The notes beneath the pieces were generated by a model that saw only the letters and a program-made list of their open reading frames with translations, was not told the origin of the DNA and made no database searches. A stretch of DNA of 51,600 nt from Planctomycetota bacterium (lineage in GTDB: Bacteria; Planctomycetota; UBA1135; UBA2386). Below, in pieces: positions 27,131-35,553 of the stretch. The stretch spans positions 1-51,600 of the forward strand of contig CANMWZ010000030.1 in NCBI GenBank assembly GCA_947501605.1, given 5' to 3'. Both the position numbers and the translations under genes were made by a program. Numbering within the stretch: the first letter of the stretch is position 1; each line of letters begins with the position of its first letter.

Positions 27131-27897
27131 CGCGCGTCGTATTCTATGATGGGAATGAACGTGTCGGCTTGCAGGCTGGCGCCGCCGACCAGGAGTCCGT
27201 CGATGTCCTCGACGGACATGAGTTCTTTGGCGTTGTCCGGCTTCACGCTGCCGCCGTAGATCACACGCAGAGTCTGTGCAGCCTCGTCACCGAGCCGCTG
27301 CAGGATCCACTTGCGGATCATCTTGTGGACATGGGCCGCTTGCTCTGTGGTCGCAGTCTCACCGGTGCCGATCGCCCAAACGGGCTCGTAGGCAACGGTG
27401 AAGCGATGGCTGTCCTCGGCGCGCACGCCCTCGAACCCGGCCTCGAGCTGGCGCTTGATGACGCGCTCCGTGCGGTTGCCGCGACGCTCTTCGATGGTCT
27501 CGCCAACGCAGTAGATGGGCAGCAAGTCGTGATTGAGTGCGCAACGGACCTTGCGACCCATCCACTCGTCCGGCTCGTGGAACAGGTGGCGGCGTTCGCT
27601 GTGTCCGATGAGCACGCGATCGGCACCGATTTCGCGCAGCATGCGCGCCGCCAACTCCCCGGTGAACGCGCCGCTGTCCTCGTACCAGATGTTCTGGCCA
27701 CCGACACCGAGCGGCGAACCTTGCGCCACAGCCGTGACGTCGGCGAGGTAGATCGACGGCGCAAACACCCCAACCTCGCGATCATTGCCGTCGCCCAGTC
27801 GGCCCTTGATGGTCTTGACCATGTCGAGGCACTTGGACCGGTCTAGGTTCATCTTCCAGTTGCCGGCGATGTACGGCTTGCGGGCGCGGTGGGTCAT
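27127..27897 (-). CDS. tpiA: Triosephosphate isomerase
   Basis: AGNWKMN, GAFTGE, GHSERR, AYEPVWAIGTG, YGGSVK and LVGGASL. Confidence 0.98.
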   Translation of the reverse strand: MTHRARKPYIAGNWKMNLDRSKCLDMVKTIKGRLGDGNDREVGVFAPSIYLADVTAVAQGSPLGVGGQNIWYEDSGAFTGELAARMLREIGADRVLIGHSERRHLFHEPDEWMGRKVRCALNHDLLPIYCVGETIEERRGNRTERVIKRQLEAGFEGVRAEDSHRFTVAYEPVWAIGTGETATTEQAAHVHKMIRKWILQRLGDEAAQTLRVIYGGSVKPDNAKELMSVEDIDGLLVGGASLQADTFIPIIEYDAR

Positions 27898-28742
27898 GGC
27901 GCAATGAACTCGTCGGAGATCGTTCCGTTTGCAGAAGCCCCGTGGCCGGAGACACCCGGCCGCACGAGGCGACGGCCCAGCATGGGCAGGAGCCGGCGCA
28001 GGTCGACCATCATTTGCGCGAAATCCGTTGGGAGCAGCGCCTGCATCCCATCGCACAGAGCCTTGTGCGGCTCGGCGTGCACCTCGATGAGCAGCCCGTC
28101 GGCACCGGCCGCGGCAGCCGCGAGCGCCATCGGCCGCACCAGACTCGCCCGCCCAGTGCCGTGGCTAGGGTCGACGACGATTGGCAGGTCCGAACGTTCA
28201 CGCAACAGCGGCACGACGGCGAGATCGAGCACATAGCGCGTCGCCGTGTCAAAGCTGCGGATGCCACGCTCGCACAAGATGACGTTGCCGTTGCCCTCGT
28301 TGGTGATGTACTCGGCGGCAAACAACAGTTCATCGACGGTCGCCGCCGCGCCGCGCTTCAACAGCACGGGCAAGCGCTGCCGGCCCACCTCACGCAGCAG
28401 GGGAAAGTTCTGCATGTTGCGGCTGCCAACTTGCAGCATCGCCGCATGCTGGGCGACGCGCTCGACGTCGCGGGGATCGAGAACCTCGGTGACCACCGGC
28501 AGGCCGGTGCGCGCCGAGGCCTCGTCCAGCAACTGCAAGCCCATTGGGCCGAGACCCTGGAACGACTTGGGCGATGTTCGCGGCTTGTAGGCACCGCCGC
28601 GGAGCATTGCCGCCCCGGCCGCAACGACCGCGTCGGCCGACGCGAACATTTGCTCCTTCGACTCGACCGCGCACGGGCCAGCCATGACCACGAAGGCGTC
28701 TCCTCCGATGAGGAAATCGGCGATAGGAACAGTCTTGCGCAC
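27894..28742 (-). CDS. aroF: 3-deoxy-7-phosphoheptulonate (DAHP) synthase, type I-beta
   Basis: AGPCAVES, LRGGAYKPRTSP.SFQGLG, RNMQNF.LL, LCERGIR, DPSHGTG and IEVH. Confidence 0.95.
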   Translation of the reverse strand: MRKTVPIADFLIGGDAFVVMAGPCAVESKEQMFASADAVVAAGAAMLRGGAYKPRTSPKSFQGLGPMGLQLLDEASARTGLPVVTEVLDPRDVERVAQHAAMLQVGSRNMQNFPLLREVGRQRLPVLLKRGAAATVDELLFAAEYITNEGNGNVILCERGIRSFDTATRYVLDLAVVPLLRERSDLPIVVDPSHGTGRASLVRPMALAAAAAGADGLLIEVHAEPHKALCDGMQALLPTDFAQMMVDLRRLLPMLGRRLVRPGVSGHGASANGTISDEFIAP

Positions 28743-28790
28743 GCGCTTTTGCTTGGCGGTCGTAGGTGTGGCAGCGAGAAAGGGGGGCGG

Positions 28791-28819
28791 ACGATAGGCC
28801 GCGCAACGGAGCCGGTCAA
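28791..28819 (-). promoter_or_regulatory. Putative sigma70 promoter of the aroF-tpiA-secG... operon
   Basis: Minus strand reads TTGACC-N17-TATCGT about 50 bp upstream of the aroF GTG. Confidence 0.5.
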
Positions 28820-28824
28820 CGTCG

Positions 28825-28987
28825 GCTCGGCGATGGCCACGGGCCTTGGTGGCTCACAGACGCTGGCAGGGGGGGCGAGACCCCGGCACCGCGGGAACGC
28901 CACCGATCCTGATGACGAGCGGTTCATTCTGCGCCACCCAGCCAAGGTAACGGAGCTCGGCAAGCACCAAGCCCCCCTATCGCGGGC
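28825..28987 (+). ncRNA. Candidate rod-shaped structured RNA (6S-like); identity unconfirmed
   Basis: Nested pairings by eye: gctc/gggc, gcgatgg/ctatcgc, ttggtg/caccaa, gctc/gagc, gctgg/ccagc, gcggga/ttctgc, accg/cggt. G-U pairs favour the + strand. Confidence 0.3.
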
Positions 28988-29020
28988 AACCACCGCAGCC
29001 GCAACGAGGCGCGCCCGTCG

Positions 29021-29728
29021 TCAAAACCAGAGGATGCGGCGCAGCGCGTGCAGCAGCCCGCGACCCTCCCGAACGGCGAGTCGCTGCAAGTCGAACTCAT
29101 GCCGCTGCCGCTCGACTTCGCTGGGCACCTGGTTCGCGGCCCCGATCGGGCAGTGGCGAACGACCTCGCATCCCGTCGTGCATGATCCGCTGAGGCGTTC
29201 GTCGTAGCAGCGGCGCAGATCCGACGCACCGAGGCCGTCGTGCACGTCGGCTGGACAGGCAGCTACGCAGGGTCGCGAACAGTTGCAGCACGGCTGGAAG
29301 CGATCGGCAATGGTCGCATCTGCAATCGCGCCGAACGGCAGACCTTCGACCAACAACACGGCTCTGACCGACACCCGCGGCCCATACGCCGGGTGCAACA
29401 GTCGGTGGATGACCGGCGACACCGTGCCAAACCCCGCGGCCTCGCCGAGGCAGGCGAAGCGAATGGTACTGCGCAGCGGCGGCGCCAGGCGTGCGCGAAG
29501 GCCGGCCTCGGTCAGCATGCGCAACAGTTCTCCCGGGCCTTCAGCTTCCGCCAGCCTTGGCGCACCGCTACCGAGCACGATCGCCGTGCCGCAGCCGGCG
29601 AACTCGCGCGCGCATCGCCCTTCGGCCGGTTGCGCCGCATCGAAGCGCTGCGTGTCGACGATGCCGAACAAGTCGTAGCCGCGGGCGCGGGCGCGTTGTT
29701 CGAGCGCGATCAGGAGAGCTTGGGACAT
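29021..29728 (-). CDS. QueG/CblC-like Fe-S protein (possible cobalamin-binding reductase)
   Basis: GEAAGFG, LLHPAYGPRVSVRAVL, and Cys clusters PCCNCSRPCVAACP and C..CTTGCEVVRHCPIG. Confidence 0.65.
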   Translation of the reverse strand: MSQALLIALEQRARARGYDLFGIVDTQRFDAAQPAEGRCAREFAGCGTAIVLGSGAPRLAEAEGPGELLRMLTEAGLRARLAPPLRSTIRFACLGEAAGFGTVSPVIHRLLHPAYGPRVSVRAVLLVEGLPFGAIADATIADRFQPCCNCSRPCVAACPADVHDGLGASDLRRCYDERLSGSCTTGCEVVRHCPIGAANQVPSEVERQRHEFDLQRLAVREGRGLLHALRRILWF

Positions 29729-29794
29729 CGACGCGGGCGTTTTCGTCGGCGTCTCGCTGCGGCACAAGCCCCGAGCTTGACCCGTGGGTCACGA

Positions 29795-29960
29795 TCGAGC
29801 TAGGTTCTGCCCACCCCGAACGAGGGAAGCCGGTGTGAATCCGGCGCTGTCCCGCAGCTGTCACCGAGGACGAACGTTCCAAAACCACTGGTAGCGCCGT
29901 GTTGGTGCCGCTGGGAAGGTGGAACTAGTAGGTGGATCCGGAAGCCAGAACACCTCGTTG
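29795..29960 (+). ncRNA. Cobalamin (B12) riboswitch
   Basis: AGGT (P1 5') ... AGGGAAgccGGTGtgAATCCggcgCTGtCCCgCAgCTGT ... CCACTG ... GGGAAGG ... AGCCAGAACACCT (B12 box/P1 3'), in canonical order. Confidence 0.93.
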
Positions 29961-30157
29961 GGCGGCAGGCCGAAAGGCTTGCTCCAGACCGCCACGGCGC
30001 GAACGACGTCCGCGGCAGGAGAACACCCGAGCGAGTCCGACTGCCAACAGCGCCATTGCTGCGGGTTTTGGGGCCGCCGTGGTGCGCATCCTGCCTCGGA
30101 CCATCGCTGTGACGGCCCAAACTCCGTCCGGCGGTCCCCCGCCGAGGAGCGTTCGTG

Positions 30158-31495
30158 ATGTCCGTTCTTGTCTTGCTGTCTCCGTCTCTGCGCGCCGCCA
30201 CGCTTTCGGTGTGCGCGCTTTCCTTGACCGCTGCCCTCTTGGCACAGGTCCCGGCCGCCGGCTACCAGAGCCAACTTCAATCGGTGCCCGGCTCGGCCAA
30301 CAGCCTTGCCGTCGTCGACGAAAATGTGGTTTGGTTTGACGGCGTGACCCTGTTCGTCGACTCGCCGAGCCAGCCGAGTCGCGCGCTGCTGACGCTTCCT
30401 GGGTTCCGCTTTGGCTCGTTCACGTTACCGATCGGCAACGGCAACCTGCTGTTCGCGGAGAGCAGCAACGCCCAATTGTGGCGCGTGCCCCTGGACCCGC
30501 TCGGCACGCCGTCGCTGCTGACGACCGTGCAGTTCGCGTACGACGCGGTCGCGATCGGCACGCGCATGGCCGTGGTCTCCGCCAAGCCCGGCGGCTTCGC
30601 TTCGGCCCAGAACGACCTGATCGCTGTCGACCTCGTGACCGGTGCGCAGTCGACGATTGGCGTCATTCCTGGTGCTTCGGGCCCGCTGGCCCTCAATGCG
30701 GCCGGTGAACTTCTCTATGCCACGGCGTCGCTCAACTTCCCGCCGCCGCCCGCGAGCGTCGAGATCCTCAGTTGGACTGCCGGCCAGTGGTCGCTGGCGC
30801 TGAATGGTGGCCTCGTGCTGACGCGCGCGAACGCGCACCTCGTGCTCAGCGGTATCGACTCGGCCGGCGACCTCGCGGTCGACGGAGATGACGATTTGAT
30901 CGCGGCGGACTGGGCCAATTCGCGCCTGCTCGAGATCAACGACCATCGCACGACACCGACTGTGTCGACGCTCATCGACTACGGCACCGCCGCGGTCTCG
31001 CCCGCGACTCTCGCGTTCCGTCAGGGCACCGTCCCAGGCACCGAGTTCGAGCCATTTGGTCGAACGGGCGCCGGTGAGTTGCTGGTTGTCGAGACCAACT
31101 TCTTCTCGATCACCCAGGTCCGCTGCCTGACAACGGCGCCGAGCACGCTAGACCTCGTTGGCACATCTCAGCCGGTCGCCGCAGGTCCGTTCACGCTGCT
31201 GTTGCAGAACGGGCCGCCCGCCGGCCTGTCGCTGTTCGCCATCGGCACTGTCGGCACTGGGGTGATGCTGCCATTGCATCTGCCCGGCTTCGAACAGACG
31301 TTGCCATGGGAGGCCGGGCTGCTGTACCCGCTGCTCACCTCACTGGTGCCCCTCGACGCAGCCGGCTCCGGGCCGCTCGGCCTGACGAATCCGGGGTTCC
31401 CCGGTGGTCTCTGGATTCACACCCAGACGATGTTCGTCACGGCGGATGGCTCGCAGTTGGGTACCTCCAACGTGAGTTCCGTGCAGCTGCAATAG
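30158..31495 (+). CDS. B12-riboswitch-controlled secreted protein (beta-propeller-like) with shared C-terminal domain
   Basis: AGGAG RBS at 30145-30149, signal peptide ending LLA-Q, and beta-rich repeats (SGPLALNAAGELLY, AGDLAVDGDDDLI). Confidence 0.8.
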   Translation: MSVLVLLSPSLRAATLSVCALSLTAALLAQVPAAGYQSQLQSVPGSANSLAVVDENVVWFDGVTLFVDSPSQPSRALLTLPGFRFGSFTLPIGNGNLLFAESSNAQLWRVPLDPLGTPSLLTTVQFAYDAVAIGTRMAVVSAKPGGFASAQNDLIAVDLVTGAQSTIGVIPGASGPLALNAAGELLYATASLNFPPPPASVEILSWTAGQWSLALNGGLVLTRANAHLVLSGIDSAGDLAVDGDDDLIAADWANSRLLEINDHRTTPTVSTLIDYGTAAVSPATLAFRQGTVPGTEFEPFGRTGAGELLVVETNFFSITQVRCLTTAPSTLDLVGTSQPVAAGPFTLLLQNGPPAGLSLFAIGTVGTGVMLPLHLPGFEQTLPWEAGLLYPLLTSLVPLDAAGSGPLGLTNPGFPGGLWIHTQTMFVTADGSQLGTSNVSSVQLQ

Positions 31496-31622
31496 GCCGG
31501 CCCGAAGCTGGGTGCGGGCCGCCGTCGGCCCTGCCCTTGCAGAACCGTTACAGTGGCCTGCTATGGGGGCGGAGCGAAGTAAGCCGTAATAGGGCCCTCT
31601 CATCTGCTCGCCCCGAATGCCC

Positions 31623-34600
31623 ATGCGCCAATCCGTCGTCGTCGTCCTGATACTGACCGCCCTGGTCGCCACCGCCGGAATGCTCCTGGTGCCCGACCTC
31701 TTCACCGGCGACGCCCTTCCGATCACTCGCTGGAGCGAGGCCGATGAAATCGTGGTCGAGGCGCGCGCGGAGGACACGGACCTCGCCGTCGGCGAGGCGT
31801 TCGCGCCGCAGACCCAGCGAGAGGAAGTCGAAGTCGAGGCCCTCGGCGCCGACGAACGCACGGAACTGACCCTGCGCGGGCGGGTCGTCGACCGCTACCG
31901 CGCGCCGGTGGCTAGCGCCAAGGTATGGCTCGACTTCGGCCGCGGCGGCCAGCGCGGCCGCGGTGATCGTTCGCGCCGCGTACCCGAGCCGGTGCAGACC
32001 GACAGCGATGGCCGTTTCGCCTTCCAGGGGCAGGCCTTTCGCAATCTGCGCGTCAATCTGCTGGTCGTGCACGGCACGCACGCGCCGACGCAGTTTGACC
32101 GCAACCTCGGCGAGGTCGGCAGCGAGCTCGACCTCGGCGAATTGGTCGTCACCGACGGTGGCGAGCTGATCGGCCGAGTCACCGACCTCGGTGGCAACGG
32201 CATCCCAGCGGCCGCAGTGCAGCTGCAACCGGACAGCGACAACTGGATGCGTTTCCAAAGGGATCGCGAGTCTCTGCTGCCAGCGCAAGCGACCGACAAC
32301 AATGGTTACTACCGCTTCGCCAACGTCACGGCCGGCGATTGGCGCGTAGCGGCGACGGCGAAGCGCTACGAAAACGGCACCAGCGACTCGGCAACCGCGA
32401 TCGACAACCAGCGCACCGAAGTCGCCGACATCCTGCTCGGCCCGGGCTTCGAACTCGCCGGCATCGTCATGGACCGACAGGGTCAACCGATTGTTGATGC
32501 CGAGGTCGCGGCGCGCCCAAGGCGTCAACCAGACAACACCGGCGGTGGTCGCGGTGGCCGCGGGGCACGTGGCGGCCCAGGTGGCGGTGGCGGTGGCGGC
32601 AACGACTACCGGACGCAGACCGATGCCCAGGGTCGCTTCTTGCTCGAGCACCTGCCCGATGCACTGGTCGATCTGTCGGCGCAGAAGCAAGGCTACCTCG
32701 ACGCACAACTCACGGAACTCGACCCCGAGCAGACCCAGCCGGTCTACCTCACGATGGAGGACGGGCTGCAGATCCGCGGCTCCGTGACCGACGTCGTTGC
32801 CAACGCCCCGGTAACACGCTTTTCGGTTCGGGCCCAATGGCGCCGCGCCTTGCCAGCGGACGCGGGTGTCGAGACTGAGATCCAAACCCTCGTGCAGCAG
32901 ATGCGCGACGGCAATGTCGACGAAGCAACCCGAGCGCAGTTGCAGAACCGCATGCAGACGCTGCGCGGTCAGCTGCGAGGCAACACTGGCGGCGGGCCAT
33001 TCGGCATGGCGGGCGGTGGTCCCGACGCGCAAGGTGGGCGCGGCGGCCGCGATCGCGGGGCACGAGCTGAAGACCACCCGGGTGGCGCCTTCGTCGCGAC
33101 GGGCCTGCAGGCTGGCATCTACACCGTGGTCGTCGAGTCCGACGCACACGCCGTCTACCGCAGCGAGGACGTGGAACTACGCCTCGGCGCACCGGCGCCC
33201 GAGATCCAGGTCGGCCTGACGCGCGGATTCGTCGTCAAGGGCACGGTCAAGAGCGCCCTTGGCCAGCAGATCGCGGGTGCGACCGTCGAGCTGCGGCGGG
33301 CCACGGAAGCGCCGGCCCAGCCGGCGACCACGCCGGCAGCCCAGCCCTCGGATGCCAACGTCCGCGGTGGCCGCGGTGGTCGCGGCGGCCGCGGCGGCAA
33401 CATGCAGACGATGTTCGAGCAATGGACTGGGGGCGGCGCGATCGAGACCGCCACGACCGACAAGGACGGCGCCTTCACGATCGAGCACGCCCCTTCTGGT
33501 CGCTACACAGTCGATGCGCGCGCGAAGGGCCACCAGAACGCGAAGACTGAGCCGTTCGCGCTCGGCAATGACGTGCAGGGCATCTCCTTGTCACTCAACC
33601 TGCTCGGTCGCCTCGGCGGCCGCGTTCTCGGGGCCACACCAGAACAGCTGCAGGAAGTGCGCGTGCTTGCCGTCCCGATCAGCAAGGAGCGCGACCTTGG
33701 CGCGATGTTCCGCGGCGGTGGTGGCAACGGCGGGCAGCCGTTCGCGATGGTCTCGCCCGACGGCACCTACCTGTTCCGCGAGTTGCAGCCCGGCGACTAT
33801 GCGGTGCGCGCGTTTCTCGGCCAGGGCATGCGCGAACTCTTCCAGCAGTTCAACGCGGGAGAGATGGTCGCCGACGTCGCGGTGACGAGCGGCGAACAGG
33901 CCGAACTCGACGTCACGGTGCTGACGCCACAGACCGGCATCGTGCGCGGCTCGGTGCTGCACAACAGCGCCCCCGCCACGGGCTTCCAGGTCGCGCTGCA
34001 GTTGCAGAGCAACGACGGCAGCGGCACCGATCCGGGTGCGGGATCCATGTTTGGCGGCCGTGGCGGCCGTGGCGGCGGCGGGCGCAATAGCAGCGCGCGC
34101 GTCGACGAGCAGGGGCGCTTCGAGATCAAGGACGTGCAGGCGGGCACCTACACCCTGACCGTCAGCGCCGACCGGCGGTCCGGCACGCTCCATCGTGAGA
34201 CCATCTTCGTGCACCCGCAGGGCACCACGGAGCCACTGATCACGATCGCGACCGCAGCTATCGACGGCACGATCGAGGCGACCGACGGCACCAACGCAGC
34301 CGACCTCGACGGCAGCGTCATCTTGCTCCCCGGCGTCACCGAGGTTCCTACCGACTTGGCGGCGCTGCGCGGTGGCGGCGGGTTCCGCGCCCGCATCGAA
34401 GGCGGCAAGTTCGCGGTCGAACAGCTGCCGCAGGGCAACTACCTCGCCGTCGTCAACATCCGCGGCCGCGAGCGCACATCGGCGCCAGTCACCGCCGTAC
34501 TGGGGCAGCGGACCCAGGTCCGCGCCCCGCTCGGGGCCATTGATCAGAACGCGAATGCGCAACGCGGCAACGCCCCGCAGCGGCAACCCGGGGCGGCGGC

Positions 34601-34718
34601 ACCTGGCAGCGGTGGGACTGCGCCGGGTGCGGCCCCAAGAGGGGCTCGTGGCGCGCAAGGCGGGCGCAATGGCGGCGGCGCACCGGCCCCGAATCCGCCC
34701 GCGCGCCGCGGCGGCTGA
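31623..34718 (+). CDS. Membrane-anchored carboxypeptidase-regulatory-like (transthyretin-like) repeat protein with RGG-rich inserts
   Basis: N-terminal TM and repeated GRVVD..G.P[VI]..A.V...TD..GRF....L..G.Y.V units; several GGRGG tracts. Confidence 0.88.
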   Translation: MRQSVVVVLILTALVATAGMLLVPDLFTGDALPITRWSEADEIVVEARAEDTDLAVGEAFAPQTQREEVEVEALGADERTELTLRGRVVDRYRAPVASAKVWLDFGRGGQRGRGDRSRRVPEPVQTDSDGRFAFQGQAFRNLRVNLLVVHGTHAPTQFDRNLGEVGSELDLGELVVTDGGELIGRVTDLGGNGIPAAAVQLQPDSDNWMRFQRDRESLLPAQATDNNGYYRFANVTAGDWRVAATAKRYENGTSDSATAIDNQRTEVADILLGPGFELAGIVMDRQGQPIVDAEVAARPRRQPDNTGGGRGGRGARGGPGGGGGGGNDYRTQTDAQGRFLLEHLPDALVDLSAQKQGYLDAQLTELDPEQTQPVYLTMEDGLQIRGSVTDVVANAPVTRFSVRAQWRRALPADAGVETEIQTLVQQMRDGNVDEATRAQLQNRMQTLRGQLRGNTGGGPFGMAGGGPDAQGGRGGRDRGARAEDHPGGAFVATGLQAGIYTVVVESDAHAVYRSEDVELRLGAPAPEIQVGLTRGFVVKGTVKSALGQQIAGATVELRRATEAPAQPATTPAAQPSDANVRGGRGGRGGRGGNMQTMFEQWTGGGAIETATTDKDGAFTIEHAPSGRYTVDARAKGHQNAKTEPFALGNDVQGISLSLNLLGRLGGRVLGATPEQLQEVRVLAVPISKERDLGAMFRGGGGNGGQPFAMVSPDGTYLFRELQPGDYAVRAFLGQGMRELFQQFNAGEMVADVAVTSGEQAELDVTVLTPQTGIVRGSVLHNSAPATGFQVALQLQSNDGSGTDPGAGSMFGGRGGRGGGGRNSSARVDEQGRFEIKDVQAGTYTLTVSADRRSGTLHRETIFVHPQGTTEPLITIATAAIDGTIEATDGTNAADLDGSVILLPGVTEVPTDLAALRGGGGFRARIEGGKFAVEQLPQGNYLAVVNIRGRERTSAPVTAVLGQRTQVRAPLGAIDQNANAQRGNAPQRQPGAAAPGSGGTAPGAAPRGARGAQGGRNGGGAPAPNPPARRGG

Positions 34719-34785
34719 CCGCAAGCGAGTTTGAGGCGGTGGCCAGCGCGAGGACGTTCGCTACACTGCCCGACCGAGGTTCCCC

Positions 34786-35544
34786 ATTCGCGCCCTGCTG
34801 CACGTCCTGATCGCATTCGTACTCGCCGTGACGCTGGCCGTCGTCGGCTACGTCGTCATGCTCTCGCTGCGCCAGGAACCCGTGGCTGCCGGCACGCCGT
34901 CGCCGATGAGCCGGTTGCCGAGTCTGCCGGAGCCTGATCGCCTGCCGCGCCGCGCCTCGTTTGCGCCGGCGAGTGCTGGGGGCCAACACACGTTCCCGGC
35001 TGAAATGCGACCGCTCGCGATCCTGGTGCGCGACTTGCCTGCAGCACGACGCGAGACGGCCGGAGTCGCCGTCTACGACGAGATCGGGGCCCACGTCGCC
35101 TGGTTGCCGCTGCGGGATGCGACCGAAAGCGACGGCGCCTTGCGAGTCGAGACCAGTGCCCCCACCAACTGCGAACTGCGGGTCGTCGTCGCCGACGCCT
35201 ACGCCACCGCCCGGAATGGCTACTGGTGCAAGCTCGAGCTGCCGGCGAACCTGCCGCTCGATGCGGTGCCCGAACTGCGCGCCGGTGTCCAAGACGTTCT
35301 CGTCCACACCAGCAGCACAGAACGCACGGTCGCTGGTGCCTTGCGGCTGCGTCGCCTCGGGGACGCGACGTGGATCCCGCGTACAGCGTTTGTCAGTCGT
35401 TCCGATCGCGACCAACCGGGTGTGCTGACGTTGCGGCTCGGACCTGGTAGCTACGAGGTGCTGCCGTGGACCGAGGGAACTTCTGCACCCGTGGCGATCA
35501 CGGTTCCTGGCCCGAGCTCGATCGACGCGACCTTTGCCAAGTGA
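34786..35544 (+). CDS. Hypothetical membrane-anchored protein (start uncertain: ATT 34786 or GTG 34828)
   Basis: Open frame with N-terminal hydrophobic helix; ends in LGPGSYEV...ITVPG, a prealbumin-like strand pattern. Confidence 0.6.
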   Translation: MRALLHVLIAFVLAVTLAVVGYVVMLSLRQEPVAAGTPSPMSRLPSLPEPDRLPRRASFAPASAGGQHTFPAEMRPLAILVRDLPAARRETAGVAVYDEIGAHVAWLPLRDATESDGALRVETSAPTNCELRVVVADAYATARNGYWCKLELPANLPLDAVPELRAGVQDVLVHTSSTERTVAGALRLRRLGDATWIPRTAFVSRSDRDQPGVLTLRLGPGSYEVLPWTEGTSAPVAITVPGPSSIDATFAK

Positions 35545-35553
35545 CGCTGGCCG

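Noticed and set aside
28909..28965. CTGATGA suggesting a hammerhead ribozyme or fluoride riboswitch
   Set aside because: No GAAA follows the putative stem II, and the fluoride-riboswitch pseudoknot pattern is not matched.
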